Below are positions 8,852-17,723 of a stretch of 64,000 bases of DNA, piece after piece; positions within the stretch are counted from its first letter, which is position 1, and the number at the start of each line of letters is the position of its first letter. The DNA comes from Candidatus Daviesbacteria bacterium. GTDB lineage: Bacteria > Patescibacteriota > Microgenomatia > Daviesbacterales > UBA10151. The notes below the pieces were generated by a model. That model was not told the origin of the DNA and searched no databases. It saw nothing but the letters and a program-made list of their open reading frames with translations. The DNA lies in the NCBI GenBank assembly GCA_016176415.1, contig JACOXH010000003.1:12419-76418 (forward strand), in the 5' to 3' direction. The position numbers were made by a program, and so were the translations under genes.

Positions 8852-9934
8852 TTAAGTTAATGCATATATTGGGAGTCTTATTGATCTTGCAAAATTTAAC
8901 AAAAGACGCTCTGTTTCTTTCCAACCAATACAACCATCTGTTAATGAAACTCCGCGTTTAGGAGTTTTGCCAGGAACGTAGCTTTGTTGACCTTCAACTA
9001 AATTACTTTCAATTAAAAGTCCCATTATCCGTCGTTGTCCGGTTTTGATTTGATCTAAAACATTTTCAGCAACACCTGATTGTTTTTTATAATCCTTTGA
9101 AGAATTTCCGTGCGAACAATCTATCATTATCGGGCGACTAGATTCAGTAAGCAATCCAGCTCCTTCGACTAAATTAACTGCATTACCGATAGATACTGCA
9201 TCGTAATTTGTACCCTTATTGCTACCTCTTAAAACAATATGAGTATCCGGATTGCCGTTTGTTTTTACTACTGCTACCCTGCCCGATGCGTCAATACCGT
9301 AAAAAGTATGACTACTAGCTGCTGATACCATAGCATCGGCGGCTACTTTGATATTACCTTCAGTAGAATTTTTAAATCCAACAGGCATTGATAATCCGCT
9401 GGCAAGCTGCCTATGAGTTTGACTTTCTGTAGTTCTGGCTCCAATGGCAGCCCATGAGACTAGCTCGTCAAAATATTGCGGTGTGAATGGGTCTAAAAAT
9501 TCAACAGCACAGGGTAATCCTAGTTTATTAACATCAGATAATACTTGACGTGAAATCGCGAGTCCTACACCTGGTGCCGCTGATCCATCCAAAGAGGGGT
9601 CGTATGCCAACCCCTTCCAGCCAACAGTTGTTCGAGGTTTTTCAAAGTAAGTTCGCATTACAATAACTAAATCGTCTTCAACTCTTTTTTTGATATCTAT
9701 TAGTGTCTCGGCATATTCAATTGCTTGCTCCGGGTCATGTATTGAGCATGGGCCAACAACCAATAGCAATCTTCTGCTATCTCGTCCATGCAGTATATCG
9801 CCGATTTCTCTCCGGGTCTTTACCACCAGATCATCGCTGCCATTTGTAATTCTTTTTTTTAGTTCAATAGGTGATTCAATTGGAGTGATTGAAGTAACCC
9901 GCGTATTTATAATATTGCTTTCTATTTTGTTCAT
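8852..9934 (-). CDS. aroF: DAHP synthase, type I-alpha (AroF/G/H family)
   Basis: VGPCSIHD, YFEKPRTTVGWKG, IGARTTESQTHR, DCSHGNS and SLTDGCIGW motifs; isoenzyme identity is not determinable. Confidence 0.92.
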   Translation of the reverse strand: MNKIESNIINTRVTSITPIESPIELKKRITNGSDDLVVKTRREIGDILHGRDSRRLLLVVGPCSIHDPEQAIEYAETLIDIKKRVEDDLVIVMRTYFEKPRTTVGWKGLAYDPSLDGSAAPGVGLAISRQVLSDVNKLGLPCAVEFLDPFTPQYFDELVSWAAIGARTTESQTHRQLASGLSMPVGFKNSTEGNIKVAADAMVSAASSHTFYGIDASGRVAVVKTNGNPDTHIVLRGSNKGTNYDAVSIGNAVNLVEGAGLLTESSRPIMIDCSHGNSSKDYKKQSGVAENVLDQIKTGQRRIMGLLIESNLVEGQQSYVPGKTPKRGVSLTDGCIGWKETERLLLNFARSIRLPIYALT

Positions 9935-9956
9935 AAATTTATAACCTGTTAACCAT

Positions 9957-9982
9957 AAAAAAACCTCCCAGTCCGGGAGGTT
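9957..9982 (-). terminator. Attenuator terminator (aromatic leader)
   Basis: AACCTCCC-GGACT-GGGAGGTTTTTTT. Confidence 0.85.
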
Positions 9983-10010
9983 ATAATTGGTTGAAACCTT
10001 TAAAAGGTTT

Positions 10011-10079
10011 TTATCCCAACAAGCCTCCCTCCTTTCGGAAGGTAAAGCTAAACCAAAAATAATTCTTTACGAGATTCAT
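10011..10079 (-). CDS. Aromatic amino-acid attenuator leader peptide, 22 aa (not in ORF track)
   Basis: MNLVKNYFWFSFTFRKEGGLLG*; YFWFSFTF control codons upstream of DAHP synthase. Confidence 0.85.
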   Translation of the reverse strand: MNLVKNYFWFSFTFRKEGGLLG

Positions 10080-10086
10080 AAAAAGT

Positions 10087-10116
10087 ACTTTACCATCGAA
10101 GATGGCATCTTGTCAA
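10087..10116 (-). promoter_or_regulatory. Promoter for the aromatic leader (probably leaderless transcript)
   Basis: TTGACA (10116-10111), 18-nt spacer ending TGG, TAAAGT (10092-10087), 7 nt to ATG. Confidence 0.65.
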
Positions 10117-10148
10117 TATTCTTACTCTGCTGATATGATGCAGAAAGT

Positions 10149-11492
10149 ATGGAGAGAACATTAATTTTAGACTGTAATGAGAAAATTGATCAAACAGTAC
10201 ATATTTGTGGTTTTGTGCAAGTCAGGCGCGATCACGGAAAAATTGTATTTTTAGACATAGCTGACAGATCTGCTGTTATTCAGGTGGTAATATCGTCAGA
10301 TGCAATCCACCTCGAAGGAGTCAAAGCCCACCTTCGAGGTGATATTAGGCCGCAGGATGTTGTCTGTATAACAGGAAAAGTTAATAAACGCCCCGAACAC
10401 TTAATAAATAAAAATATCCCTACAGGCGGTATTGAGATTTTTGCTGAGAGTATTGAAGTTTTGTCAAAAGCATCAGAATTACCTTTTGACATGGGCGGAA
10501 AGGATCTGGATCTGCAGCTTCCCACTTTGCTGGATTACCGTTCTTTAACTTTGCGTCACCCAAAAATAAAATCAATTTTTAAAGTGCAGTCTGCAATTTT
10601 AGAAGGTTTTAGAAAAGCAGTAAAAGAGATTGGGTGTACTGAAATTGTAGTGCCCACTATTGTGGCAGGTTCTACAGAAGGAGGGGCAGAAGTGTTTAAA
10701 GTAGATTATTTTGAACACAAAGCATATTTATCCCAAAGCCCGCAACTTTATAAACAAATGTTGATACCGGTATTGGAAAGAGTGTTTACCATTGCCAAAG
10801 CATACAGAGCAGAACCTTCAGTCACAACCAGACATTTAACAGAGGTAACTCAAATGGATGTGGAAATTGGATTTACCAACTTTGAGGAACTATTGGATAT
10901 TTTGGAAAATACTGCCACAAATATGTTGGAGTTTTGCCAAAAAGAATGCGAAGATATTTTATCTGAATTTGGAGTGGAAAAAATTAGTATTGGAAAAATT
11001 CCCAGACTTACTTTAAGAGAAGCACAAGAGTTAATTTTAAAAGAGTTTGGCCGTGACAACAGAAAAGAGAAAGATTTAACACCGCAAGATGAAATTGATC
11101 TTTGTAAGTGGGCCAAAGAAAAACACGACAGTGATTTTGTGACGGTGACTCATTTTCCAACTAATGCCAAGCCTTTTTATACTATGCCTGACCCCAAAAA
11201 TCCTGAATATTCTCTAAGTTATGATTTGCTTTTCAGGGGGGTTGAGGTAATGAGTGGTAGTCAAAGGATTAATGATTATGGGCAGCTGGTAGATTCTATT
11301 AAAGGAAGGGGCATGGATCCGGATAGTTTTGAGATGTATCTTCAGGCTTTTAAATACGGCATGCCTCCTGAAGGAGGATTTTCTTTCGGTTTGGAAAGAG
11401 TAACAATGCATGTATTAAATCTTGCTAATATCAGAGAAGCTTCACTTTTTCCCAGAGATATGGAAAGAGTAGATACTAGATTAAGTAAGTGA
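10149..11492 (+). CDS. aspS: Aspartate--tRNA(Asp/Asn) ligase, short archaeal-like non-discriminating type
   Basis: OB fold RDHGKIVFLD; EGGAEVF, LSQSPQLYKQM, YRAEPS, SGSQRI and GMPPEGGFSFGLER motifs. Confidence 0.92.
   Translation: MERTLILDCNEKIDQTVHICGFVQVRRDHGKIVFLDIADRSAVIQVVISSDAIHLEGVKAHLRGDIRPQDVVCITGKVNKRPEHLINKNIPTGGIEIFAESIEVLSKASELPFDMGGKDLDLQLPTLLDYRSLTLRHPKIKSIFKVQSAILEGFRKAVKEIGCTEIVVPTIVAGSTEGGAEVFKVDYFEHKAYLSQSPQLYKQMLIPVLERVFTIAKAYRAEPSVTTRHLTEVTQMDVEIGFTNFEELLDILENTATNMLEFCQKECEDILSEFGVEKISIGKIPRLTLREAQELILKEFGRDNRKEKDLTPQDEIDLCKWAKEKHDSDFVTVTHFPTNAKPFYTMPDPKNPEYSLSYDLLFRGVEVMSGSQRINDYGQLVDSIKGRGMDPDSFEMYLQAFKYGMPPEGGFSFGLERVTMHVLNLANIREASLFPRDMERVDTRLSK
10308..10341 (+). repeat. 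REPIN-like 34-bp hairpin (family A), in-frame in aspS
   Basis: CACCTCGAAGG-AGTCAAAGCCCA-CCTTCGAGGTG; same 12-nt loop as the cca copy. Confidence 0.85.
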
Positions 11493-11498
11493 TTTTTC

Positions 11499-12413
11499 AT
11501 GAAGTATTATTTTTATTCCGTCGTTTTAATTCTGGCAGCAATTTTTATTGTAACTGCTTTTTCTTTTTCTGCTGATTTTGTTGATAATTTGATTGTTTCC
11601 TTACAGATTCCTCAGAATAATTCTCAGATTGCAGGTGTCCAAAAATACAATATTCCTCCCATAAGTAAAAACTTACCGGTCCCTTCTTTTTCTGCGAGGG
11701 CAGTTCTAATAAAAGATTTAGGAACGGGTAGCGCTCTTTTTCAAAAAGATGTTAATATTTCATATCCAATTGCTTCCACAACCAAGATTATTACAGCTTT
11801 AGTAGCAAATGAATATTTTAAACAGAATTCTGTTCTGACGGTTGGTAAAAGTGCTGCTATGCCCGGTTCAAAAGTCGGGCTTTATCAGGGAGAAGATTTA
11901 AGTTTCCGCTCCTTGCTTTACGGAATGTTGCTAAATTCCGGTAATGATGCTGCTTTTGCTTTGGCAGAAAACTATCCCGGGGGAGTATTGGGGTTTGTTT
12001 CTGCTATGAACAAAAAAGTTATGGATTTGGAGCTTAAAAACACGCATTTTGATAATCCTGCAGGTTTTGACAGTCCTAAACATTATTCTTCTGCTGCAGA
12101 TTTGGCAGTTATTACAGAGGAAGCTTTGAAAGATTCAACACTGGCCCGGATATTTGCCACCAAAGAGACAAATATTGTTTCTTTAGATAAAAAATATACT
12201 CACCAGCTATTTAATTTAAACAGGCTTTTGTCAGATGTTAAAGGGGTGTTGGGGGTTAAAACCGGTACCACAGAAGGAGCAAAAGAGAATCTGGTAACTT
12301 TGGTAGAAAGAGACGGTCATAAAGTGCTGTTGGTATTGTTGGGGAGTGACAGCAGGTTTGCAGAAACCACAAAATTAATTGATTGGACTTATTCTAATTT
12401 TGACTGGCCCTGA
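11499..12413 (+). CDS. D-alanyl-D-alanine carboxypeptidase (peptidase S11)
   Basis: IASTTK (SxxK), SGNDAA and KTG motifs; N-terminal TM segment. Confidence 0.9.
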   Translation: MKYYFYSVVLILAAIFIVTAFSFSADFVDNLIVSLQIPQNNSQIAGVQKYNIPPISKNLPVPSFSARAVLIKDLGTGSALFQKDVNISYPIASTTKIITALVANEYFKQNSVLTVGKSAAMPGSKVGLYQGEDLSFRSLLYGMLLNSGNDAAFALAENYPGGVLGFVSAMNKKVMDLELKNTHFDNPAGFDSPKHYSSAADLAVITEEALKDSTLARIFATKETNIVSLDKKYTHQLFNLNRLLSDVKGVLGVKTGTTEGAKENLVTLVERDGHKVLLVLLGSDSRFAETTKLIDWTYSNFDWP

Positions 12414-13444
12414 TATTGGTCAGGAACAGCTGAAACATAAGCCATAAATTGAGGCCCTTCAAAGATAAAAATCGGCTGGAGGTAGGGACTGTAATTTTGA
12501 GGTAAGTAGTAGCCTAAGCTGACAGAAGAGATGGAAACCTGAGGCTTTTCCGGTTCAATAATAACTACCCCTTTACCGCTTTTTAAATCCTCAAACGCTA
12601 AGGCAGTATCTTTAAGAGGGTAGGTGGCAAAGGTAGAGGCGTCTATCGGATGATAGGTAAAATCCAGTGACAAATAATTGTCTATTTGAGAAGAGCTTCC
12701 CAAAACAACAGCAGTAACCAGGGATTCATCGGATCTGGCTGTTAGAACAGGCTTGCCGTCTACTGAATTTGGCCATAAAGAGATTTGAGCAGCCTGCGCT
12801 TCAGATCTGATTTGAGTAGGAATTAAAGCATTTTGAAATATTTTAAATAATACAACTTTATCTCTGCCTGCAGCCAGATCGTCTTTTATCATCCCCAAGG
12901 TAGCAAGAATAGATTTAAATCCTGAAACCAAACTGGTGTTATCGCTCAGACTTTCTTTAGCTGAAGGAGAAGATTCATTGGTATAGGAAAAATTCCCGTT
13001 ATCCAAATCTACAAAAAGGGTTTTATCGTTTTGAGAGAATTGATATTGTGTTTCACTTAAAATTTGCGGTTGTTCGGTTATGTCAAATTGCCGGGCTAAA
13101 TTTGTGGAACGGTCTGGTGAAAGCAGTGTGGCAAAAGACCGGGTAATAAAATAAACTTTGATCAGTTTTTCAAAACCCTCATCTTGTCCTATGCGCGGCA
13201 GGCCGCCTGTGACAGTATCCAAAGAATAGGAAAAGTTGGAGGAGGAAACAGAGACTTTGGGGAAGTCAATTGGAGGAAGTGTCCCGAATTTGAGATCAGG
13301 TTTTTCTTCAACAGGGGGCAAATTTGCCAGGTAGTATGCATGCCAAACGTTGTAGCCTATCAAACCCCCAATCAACAGCACCAAACCAATCACTGTAAAT
13401 ACAATGATTTGTCTTGTTAAAATGGCAGTTTGAGTCAGGGTCAT
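12389..13444 (-). CDS. Hypothetical membrane-anchored protein
   Basis: N-terminal TM segment; start placed at MTLTQTA downstream of TATAAT (13462-13457). Confidence 0.7.
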   Translation of the reverse strand: MTLTQTAILTRQIIVFTVIGLVLLIGGLIGYNVWHAYYLANLPPVEEKPDLKFGTLPPIDFPKVSVSSSNFSYSLDTVTGGLPRIGQDEGFEKLIKVYFITRSFATLLSPDRSTNLARQFDITEQPQILSETQYQFSQNDKTLFVDLDNGNFSYTNESSPSAKESLSDNTSLVSGFKSILATLGMIKDDLAAGRDKVVLFKIFQNALIPTQIRSEAQAAQISLWPNSVDGKPVLTARSDESLVTAVVLGSSSQIDNYLSLDFTYHPIDASTFATYPLKDTALAFEDLKSGKGVVIIEPEKPQVSISSVSLGYYLPQNYSPYLQPIFIFEGPQFMAYVSAVPDQYQGQSKLE

Positions 13445-13488
13445 GGGCGTACTGTTATTATACAAGAATGAGGGATATAATGATTGCT

Positions 13489-14802
13489 ATGAAAATAAAA
13501 ACAAGATTTGCTCCCTCTCCAACAGGCATGATGCATATCGGAGGAGTGAGAACTGCTCTATACGCCTGTCTGGTTGCCAGAAAAAATGGCGGGATGTTTT
13601 CCTTAAGAATAGAAGATACTGACAGATACAGGTTTGTGCCTGAAGCTCAGGAAGACATAATTGCCGGTCTTAAATGGCTGGGGTTGGAATTTGACGGAGA
13701 ACCTATTATTCAGTCAGAAAGAAAAGATTTGTATCAGAAATATGCAAAAGAATTAGTGGATAAAGGTTTGGCTTACGAGAGTGACGGGGCTGTCTGGTTT
13801 AAGATGCCAAAAGAGGGAGAGGTTAGGTTTAAGGATTTAATCGGTGAAAGGGAAGTGGTTTTTAATTTGGCAGATCAAAAGGATTTTGTACTTTTAAAAT
13901 CTGACGGTTTTCCCACATATCATCTGGCTCATGTGGTTGATGATCATTTGATGGAAACAAATCCGGTAATCAGGGGAGATGAGTGGCTGCCTTCAATTCC
14001 AAAACATATTTTAACTTTTAAAGCCTTTGATTGGGAGATTCCCTCTTATGCTCATCTGCCTTTGATTGTGGGAACTGACAGAGCAAAACTTTCCAAAAGA
14101 CACGGGGCCAAATCAGTGGGAGAATTCAGAAAAGACGGATTTTTGCCTGAAGCAATTTTAAATTACATGGCGCTTTTGGGCTGGACCCCACCAAATGATA
14201 AAGAAATTTTAAGTTTTGAAGAGATGGTGAAATTATTTGATTTAAAAGATGTGCACTGGGCTCCTGCTGTTTTTGATGTTACAAAACTGGAATGGATGAA
14301 TGGGGAGTATATCAGGAAATCTCAAAACTCAAATCTCAAAACTCAAATCTCAAATTATTTAAAAGATTTGTCAGGGGGAGCTTTGGAGCATCCTACAGAA
14401 GAAGAAATTGAGAAAGTAGTTCCTTTAGTTAAAGAAAGAATTAAAAAATTATCTGATTTTGTGCCTTTAACAGACTTTTTATGGGAAAAGCCGGAATATG
14501 ATCAGTCTCAATTTAAAAAATTAAATATTAAAAATGAAAAAGAAGTACTGGAAAAGGTTTTGGAAAAACTGGAAGAGATGGAAAAACCATGGGATGCTAA
14601 AATATTTGAAGAGACTTTCAGAAAACTGGCTGAGGATTTAGAGTTATCAGCTTCTCAGATGTTTCAGCTGATCAGAGTATCGGTTTCAGGACAAACTGTA
14701 ACTCCACCGCTTTTTGAAAGCATACAAATTTTAGGGGAAGAAGAAACTAAAATCAGGATAAGAGATGCTGTAGAGTTTGTGAAAAATTCCCCCGTTGCAT
14801 AG
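13489..14802 (+). CDS. gltX: Glutamate--tRNA ligase
   Basis: RFAPSPTG, HIGG, LRIEDTD and KLSKR motifs; start MKIKTRF lies 7 nt after TATAAT. Confidence 0.95.
   Translation: MKIKTRFAPSPTGMMHIGGVRTALYACLVARKNGGMFSLRIEDTDRYRFVPEAQEDIIAGLKWLGLEFDGEPIIQSERKDLYQKYAKELVDKGLAYESDGAVWFKMPKEGEVRFKDLIGEREVVFNLADQKDFVLLKSDGFPTYHLAHVVDDHLMETNPVIRGDEWLPSIPKHILTFKAFDWEIPSYAHLPLIVGTDRAKLSKRHGAKSVGEFRKDGFLPEAILNYMALLGWTPPNDKEILSFEEMVKLFDLKDVHWAPAVFDVTKLEWMNGEYIRKSQNSNLKTQISNYLKDLSGGALEHPTEEEIEKVVPLVKERIKKLSDFVPLTDFLWEKPEYDQSQFKKLNIKNEKEVLEKVLEKLEEMEKPWDAKIFEETFRKLAEDLELSASQMFQLIRVSVSGQTVTPPLFESIQILGEEETKIRIRDAVEFVKNSPVA
14317..14355 (+). repeat. Heptamer tandem repeat (AAAWCTC)5, in-frame in gltX
   Basis: aaatctc aaaactc aaatctc aaaactc aaatctc aaat; encodes KSQNSNLKTQISN. 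Confidence 0.8.
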
Positions 14803-14832
14803 TTTAGGGCTTTCTGATAATATGCGGCCATA

Positions 14833-15180
14833 ATGGAAGACCCAAAGTGGCTAAGACTAGTGACTATTGGTTTAGTTCTGGCAGCAGTTGCTGTGGGGTA
14901 CTTTTTATTAAGCGGCAGATTTACTTCAGATACTAAAAAGCCTGCAACTCAAATCAGTCAGGCAAGTCCTACTCCAACCATGAGTCCTGTCCCCACTCAA
15001 ACACCAGCAACTCCTTCACCCGCTTCTGCTTATGACAGAATTGCCCAAAGGACAAACGGAGCAACTGGCGGACAGAATCTGCAAACACTTCCAAGGACAG
15101 GTTTTCCAATAGGGGCAGCAGCTGCTTTATCAGGATCTGCTATTTTAATTGGCTGGGGTCTTAAACGTTTTCCTCATTAG
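14833..15180 (+). CDS. Small Pro/Thr-rich surface protein with an LPXTG-like sorting signal
   Basis: N-terminal TM segment, PT-rich linker, LPRTG followed by a hydrophobic segment and a KR tail. Confidence 0.7.
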   Translation: MEDPKWLRLVTIGLVLAAVAVGYFLLSGRFTSDTKKPATQISQASPTPTMSPVPTQTPATPSPASAYDRIAQRTNGATGGQNLQTLPRTGFPIGAAAALSGSAILIGWGLKRFPH

Positions 15181-15216
15181 TTTATACAGGTAAAAATTGG
15201 TATAATTTCCATGCAT

Positions 15217-15287
15217 TGCGGGATCATCTAACGGTAGGATACATGCCTCTGGAGCATGGCATCTTGGTTCAAATCCAAGTCCCGCAA
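15217..15287 (+). tRNA. tRNA-Gln (anticodon CTG), CCA not encoded
   Basis: Acceptor stem TGCGGGA/TCCCGCA, anticodon arm CATGC-ct-CTG-ga-GCATG, T arm CTTGG-TTCAAAT-CCAAG; TATAAT upstream. Confidence 0.93.
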
Positions 15288-15352
15288 CCCTTCGACTTTG
15301 GTTCGACTACTTCGACTCCGCTCAGTACAGGAACGCTCACCATCGCTCAGGG
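15288..15352 (+). repeat. Triple-nested family B palindromic elements
   Basis: Outer CCCTTCGACT...CGCTCAGGG, middle TGGTTCGACT...CGCTCACCA, inner TACTTCGACTCCGCTCAGTA. Confidence 0.8.
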
Positions 15353-15385
15353 TTATAACCCTGATAAATGTACTATACTTACTTA

Positions 15386-15691
15386 ATGAGTAGGTCGAAG
15401 GGCTGTTATACTGTTTATATTCTTAGGACCTCTGCTAATACACTGTATATTGGTCAAACTAATAATTTAGAAAAAAGGCTAAAAGAACATCAAAATAAAT
15501 CTTCCAAATCTGCCAAATATATTAAATATTTTGATTCTTTTCGATTGGTTTACTCAGAACAATACCCTACCAGAATTGAAACAATGAGAAGAGAATATCA
15601 ACTTAAACATTGGTCAAAAGCTAAAAAAGAAGCATTAATTTCCGGTAACGTGCAATTAATAAAATTGCCAAAACTGCAACAGCCACAATAA
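15386..15691 (+). CDS. Small GIY-YIG nuclease (UPF0213-like)
   Basis: YTVYILR..NTLYIGQTNNLEKRLKEH..REYQLKHWSKAKKEALI; start placed at MSRSKG, 6 nt after TATACT. Confidence 0.88.
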   Translation: MSRSKGCYTVYILRTSANTLYIGQTNNLEKRLKEHQNKSSKSAKYIKYFDSFRLVYSEQYPTRIETMRREYQLKHWSKAKKEALISGNVQLIKLPKLQQPQ

Positions 15692-15745
15692 GCCAAACCA
15701 TATAACCATAATAGCAGATATAATAAATTGATTTGTGGCATGGCA

Positions 15746-15812
15746 GTGAGCACCCGTCCTGAACTTGCTGAAGGATGTTGAATGGGCTATAGTACTGAGT
15801 GAAATCGAAGTG
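15746..15812 (-). repeat. Degenerate family B elements downstream of the GIY-YIG gene, opposite orientation
   Basis: Plus strand gtcctgaacttgctgaagga and tactgagtgaaatcgaagt. Confidence 0.6.
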
Positions 15813-15832
15813 CTAAAATAAGGCAAGAAAAT

Positions 15833-16033
15833 ATGGGATTAAATGAAGCAGATACAAGAATACAATTAATGACTCTAATTCTAATGCTTGTGATTGGTAT
15901 GAGTACCTTATTACAGTTTCTGGAAAATCAAAAGCTGGATGATGAACCTGTAAAAACACCATTCACGCCTATCTTTGCAACGACAAGTTCTAACTACAGT
16001 GGTACTGCTAGTGGCACAACTACCACTTTGTAG
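15833..16033 (+). pseudogene. Probable remnant of a type I restriction HsdR subunit
   Basis: MGLNEADTRIQL followed, after a frameshift, by D..N..CDW, like the EADTR..LID..L...GW N-terminus of EcoEI/EcoAI-type HsdR; PIFATTS fragment. Confidence 0.5.
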
Positions 16034-16046
16034 GTAAAATAAAAAA

Positions 16047-17714
16047 ATGGCACAACTACAATTTAAAGGAAAACAATTTGTACAAAATCATCATTTATCT
16101 GTTCCTTATCATGAGTTGATTCCCAAAAAGGATAAAAGTTTAACGGATAAAGTTAGCTTGCATGATAATTTAATTATTCATGGTGATAATCTAAAGGCAT
16201 TAAAAGCCTTACTCCCCACTTACGCTGGTAAAATCAAATGTATTTATATTGATCCTCCATATAACACAGGTAATGAGGGATGGGTTTACTCCGATAATGT
16301 TAATTCCCCAATGATTCAGGAATGGCTGAAGGCAAATAAACCAGTAGACAACGAAGACCTAACCCGTCATGACAAATGGCTTTGTATGATGACTCCACGA
16401 CTTAAACTTCTTAGAGAGCTACTAAAAGATGATGGTGTAATTTTTGTATCAATAGATGACAACGAAGTTCATCACTTACGAATGTTAATGGATGAAATTT
16501 TTGGAGCGGAAAACTTTATAGCCATACTTCCTACGATAATGAACCTAAAAGGAAATCAGGATCAATATGGTTTCGCTGGAACGCATGAATATATTGTTGT
16601 ATTTGCTAATTATAGAGATAAGTCTAAGGTAGGAGAGTTTAGTTTAAATAATTTAGAGGAAGAGGGGTGGGAGGAAGACGAGGTTAGTTATTTTAAAAAG
16701 GGCGCAAATCTAAAATCTTCAGGGGTTAATGCGCCTCGAGAGAAGAGACCCAACCTTTACTTTCCTATTTATATTACAAAGGATAACAATATTATCCTAA
16801 ATAGATCTTCTAAAGATGACTTAGAAATTTTCCCAGTTACTGACGGAAAAGAAATGTGTTGGCGATGGAGTAAAGAGAAAATGAAAAGCGAAACTTATGA
16901 TTTAATGGTTGCAAGAGAGGGGGATGTAGTTAGCATATACAAGAAACAGAGACCAGAATTAGGTGAGCTGCCCTCTAGAAAACCAAAATCACTATTTTAT
17001 AAACCGCAGTATAGTAGCGGTAATGGAACCAATCAAATAAAAACAATTTTTGGGGAGAAGGTTTTTGACAATCCTAAACCGCTTGAACTAATCAAAGATA
17101 TATTATCCATTTCAACTGACTCTGATTCAATAGTTTTGGATTCCTTCGCTGGCTCAGGAACTACAGCTCATGCTACGCTTGTCTTAAATAAAGAAGATGG
17201 TGGTAATCGTAAATTTATACTCGTTGAACTTGAAGATACTGTAGCAGATAAAATTACTGCTGAAAGAGTAAAAAAAGTTATCAAAGGTGTTCCAAGAGCG
17301 AGGAATGAGAATCTTAAAAATGGATTAGGTGGGACTTTTAGTTATTTTGAACTTGGGAAACCGATTGAGTTAGAAAGTATTCTTTCAGGAAGTAACTTAC
17401 CTACGTATAAAGAATTAGCTAGGTATGTATTTTATACTGCAACCGGTGAAGAATTTGACGAGAGTAAAGTTGATGAAGAGAAAAATTTTATTGGAGAAAG
17501 CAAAGATTATGAAGTCTACTTATTTTATAAACCGGATTTAGATTATCTTAAAAATACTGCATTAACTTTAGACCGTGCCAGATCTTTGGGTAAGCACAAC
17601 GGCAAAAAACGTCTTATTTTTGCTCCTGCAAAATATTTAGATCAAGATCATTTAGATGAACTAAGAATAGACTTTGCCCAGTTACCTTTTGAGATTTACA
17701 AACTAGCTAAATAA
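16047..17714 (+). CDS. mod: Type III RM DNA methyltransferase (Mod)
   Basis: IHGDNL, YIDPPYNTG, SIDDNE, PKPLELI and LDSFAGSGTT motifs. Confidence 0.92.
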   Translation: MAQLQFKGKQFVQNHHLSVPYHELIPKKDKSLTDKVSLHDNLIIHGDNLKALKALLPTYAGKIKCIYIDPPYNTGNEGWVYSDNVNSPMIQEWLKANKPVDNEDLTRHDKWLCMMTPRLKLLRELLKDDGVIFVSIDDNEVHHLRMLMDEIFGAENFIAILPTIMNLKGNQDQYGFAGTHEYIVVFANYRDKSKVGEFSLNNLEEEGWEEDEVSYFKKGANLKSSGVNAPREKRPNLYFPIYITKDNNIILNRSSKDDLEIFPVTDGKEMCWRWSKEKMKSETYDLMVAREGDVVSIYKKQRPELGELPSRKPKSLFYKPQYSSGNGTNQIKTIFGEKVFDNPKPLELIKDILSISTDSDSIVLDSFAGSGTTAHATLVLNKEDGGNRKFILVELEDTVADKITAERVKKVIKGVPRARNENLKNGLGGTFSYFELGKPIELESILSGSNLPTYKELARYVFYTATGEEFDESKVDEEKNFIGESKDYEVYLFYKPDLDYLKNTALTLDRARSLGKHNGKKRLIFAPAKYLDQDHLDELRIDFAQLPFEIYKLAK

Positions 17715-17723
17715 CCAGATAAT

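Noticed and set aside
8620-10120. T-box riboswitches as the explanation for the two terminators
   Set aside because: No T-box consensus (AAnnnGGTGGnACC) and the leaders are too short; amino-acid-specific leader ORFs explain them better
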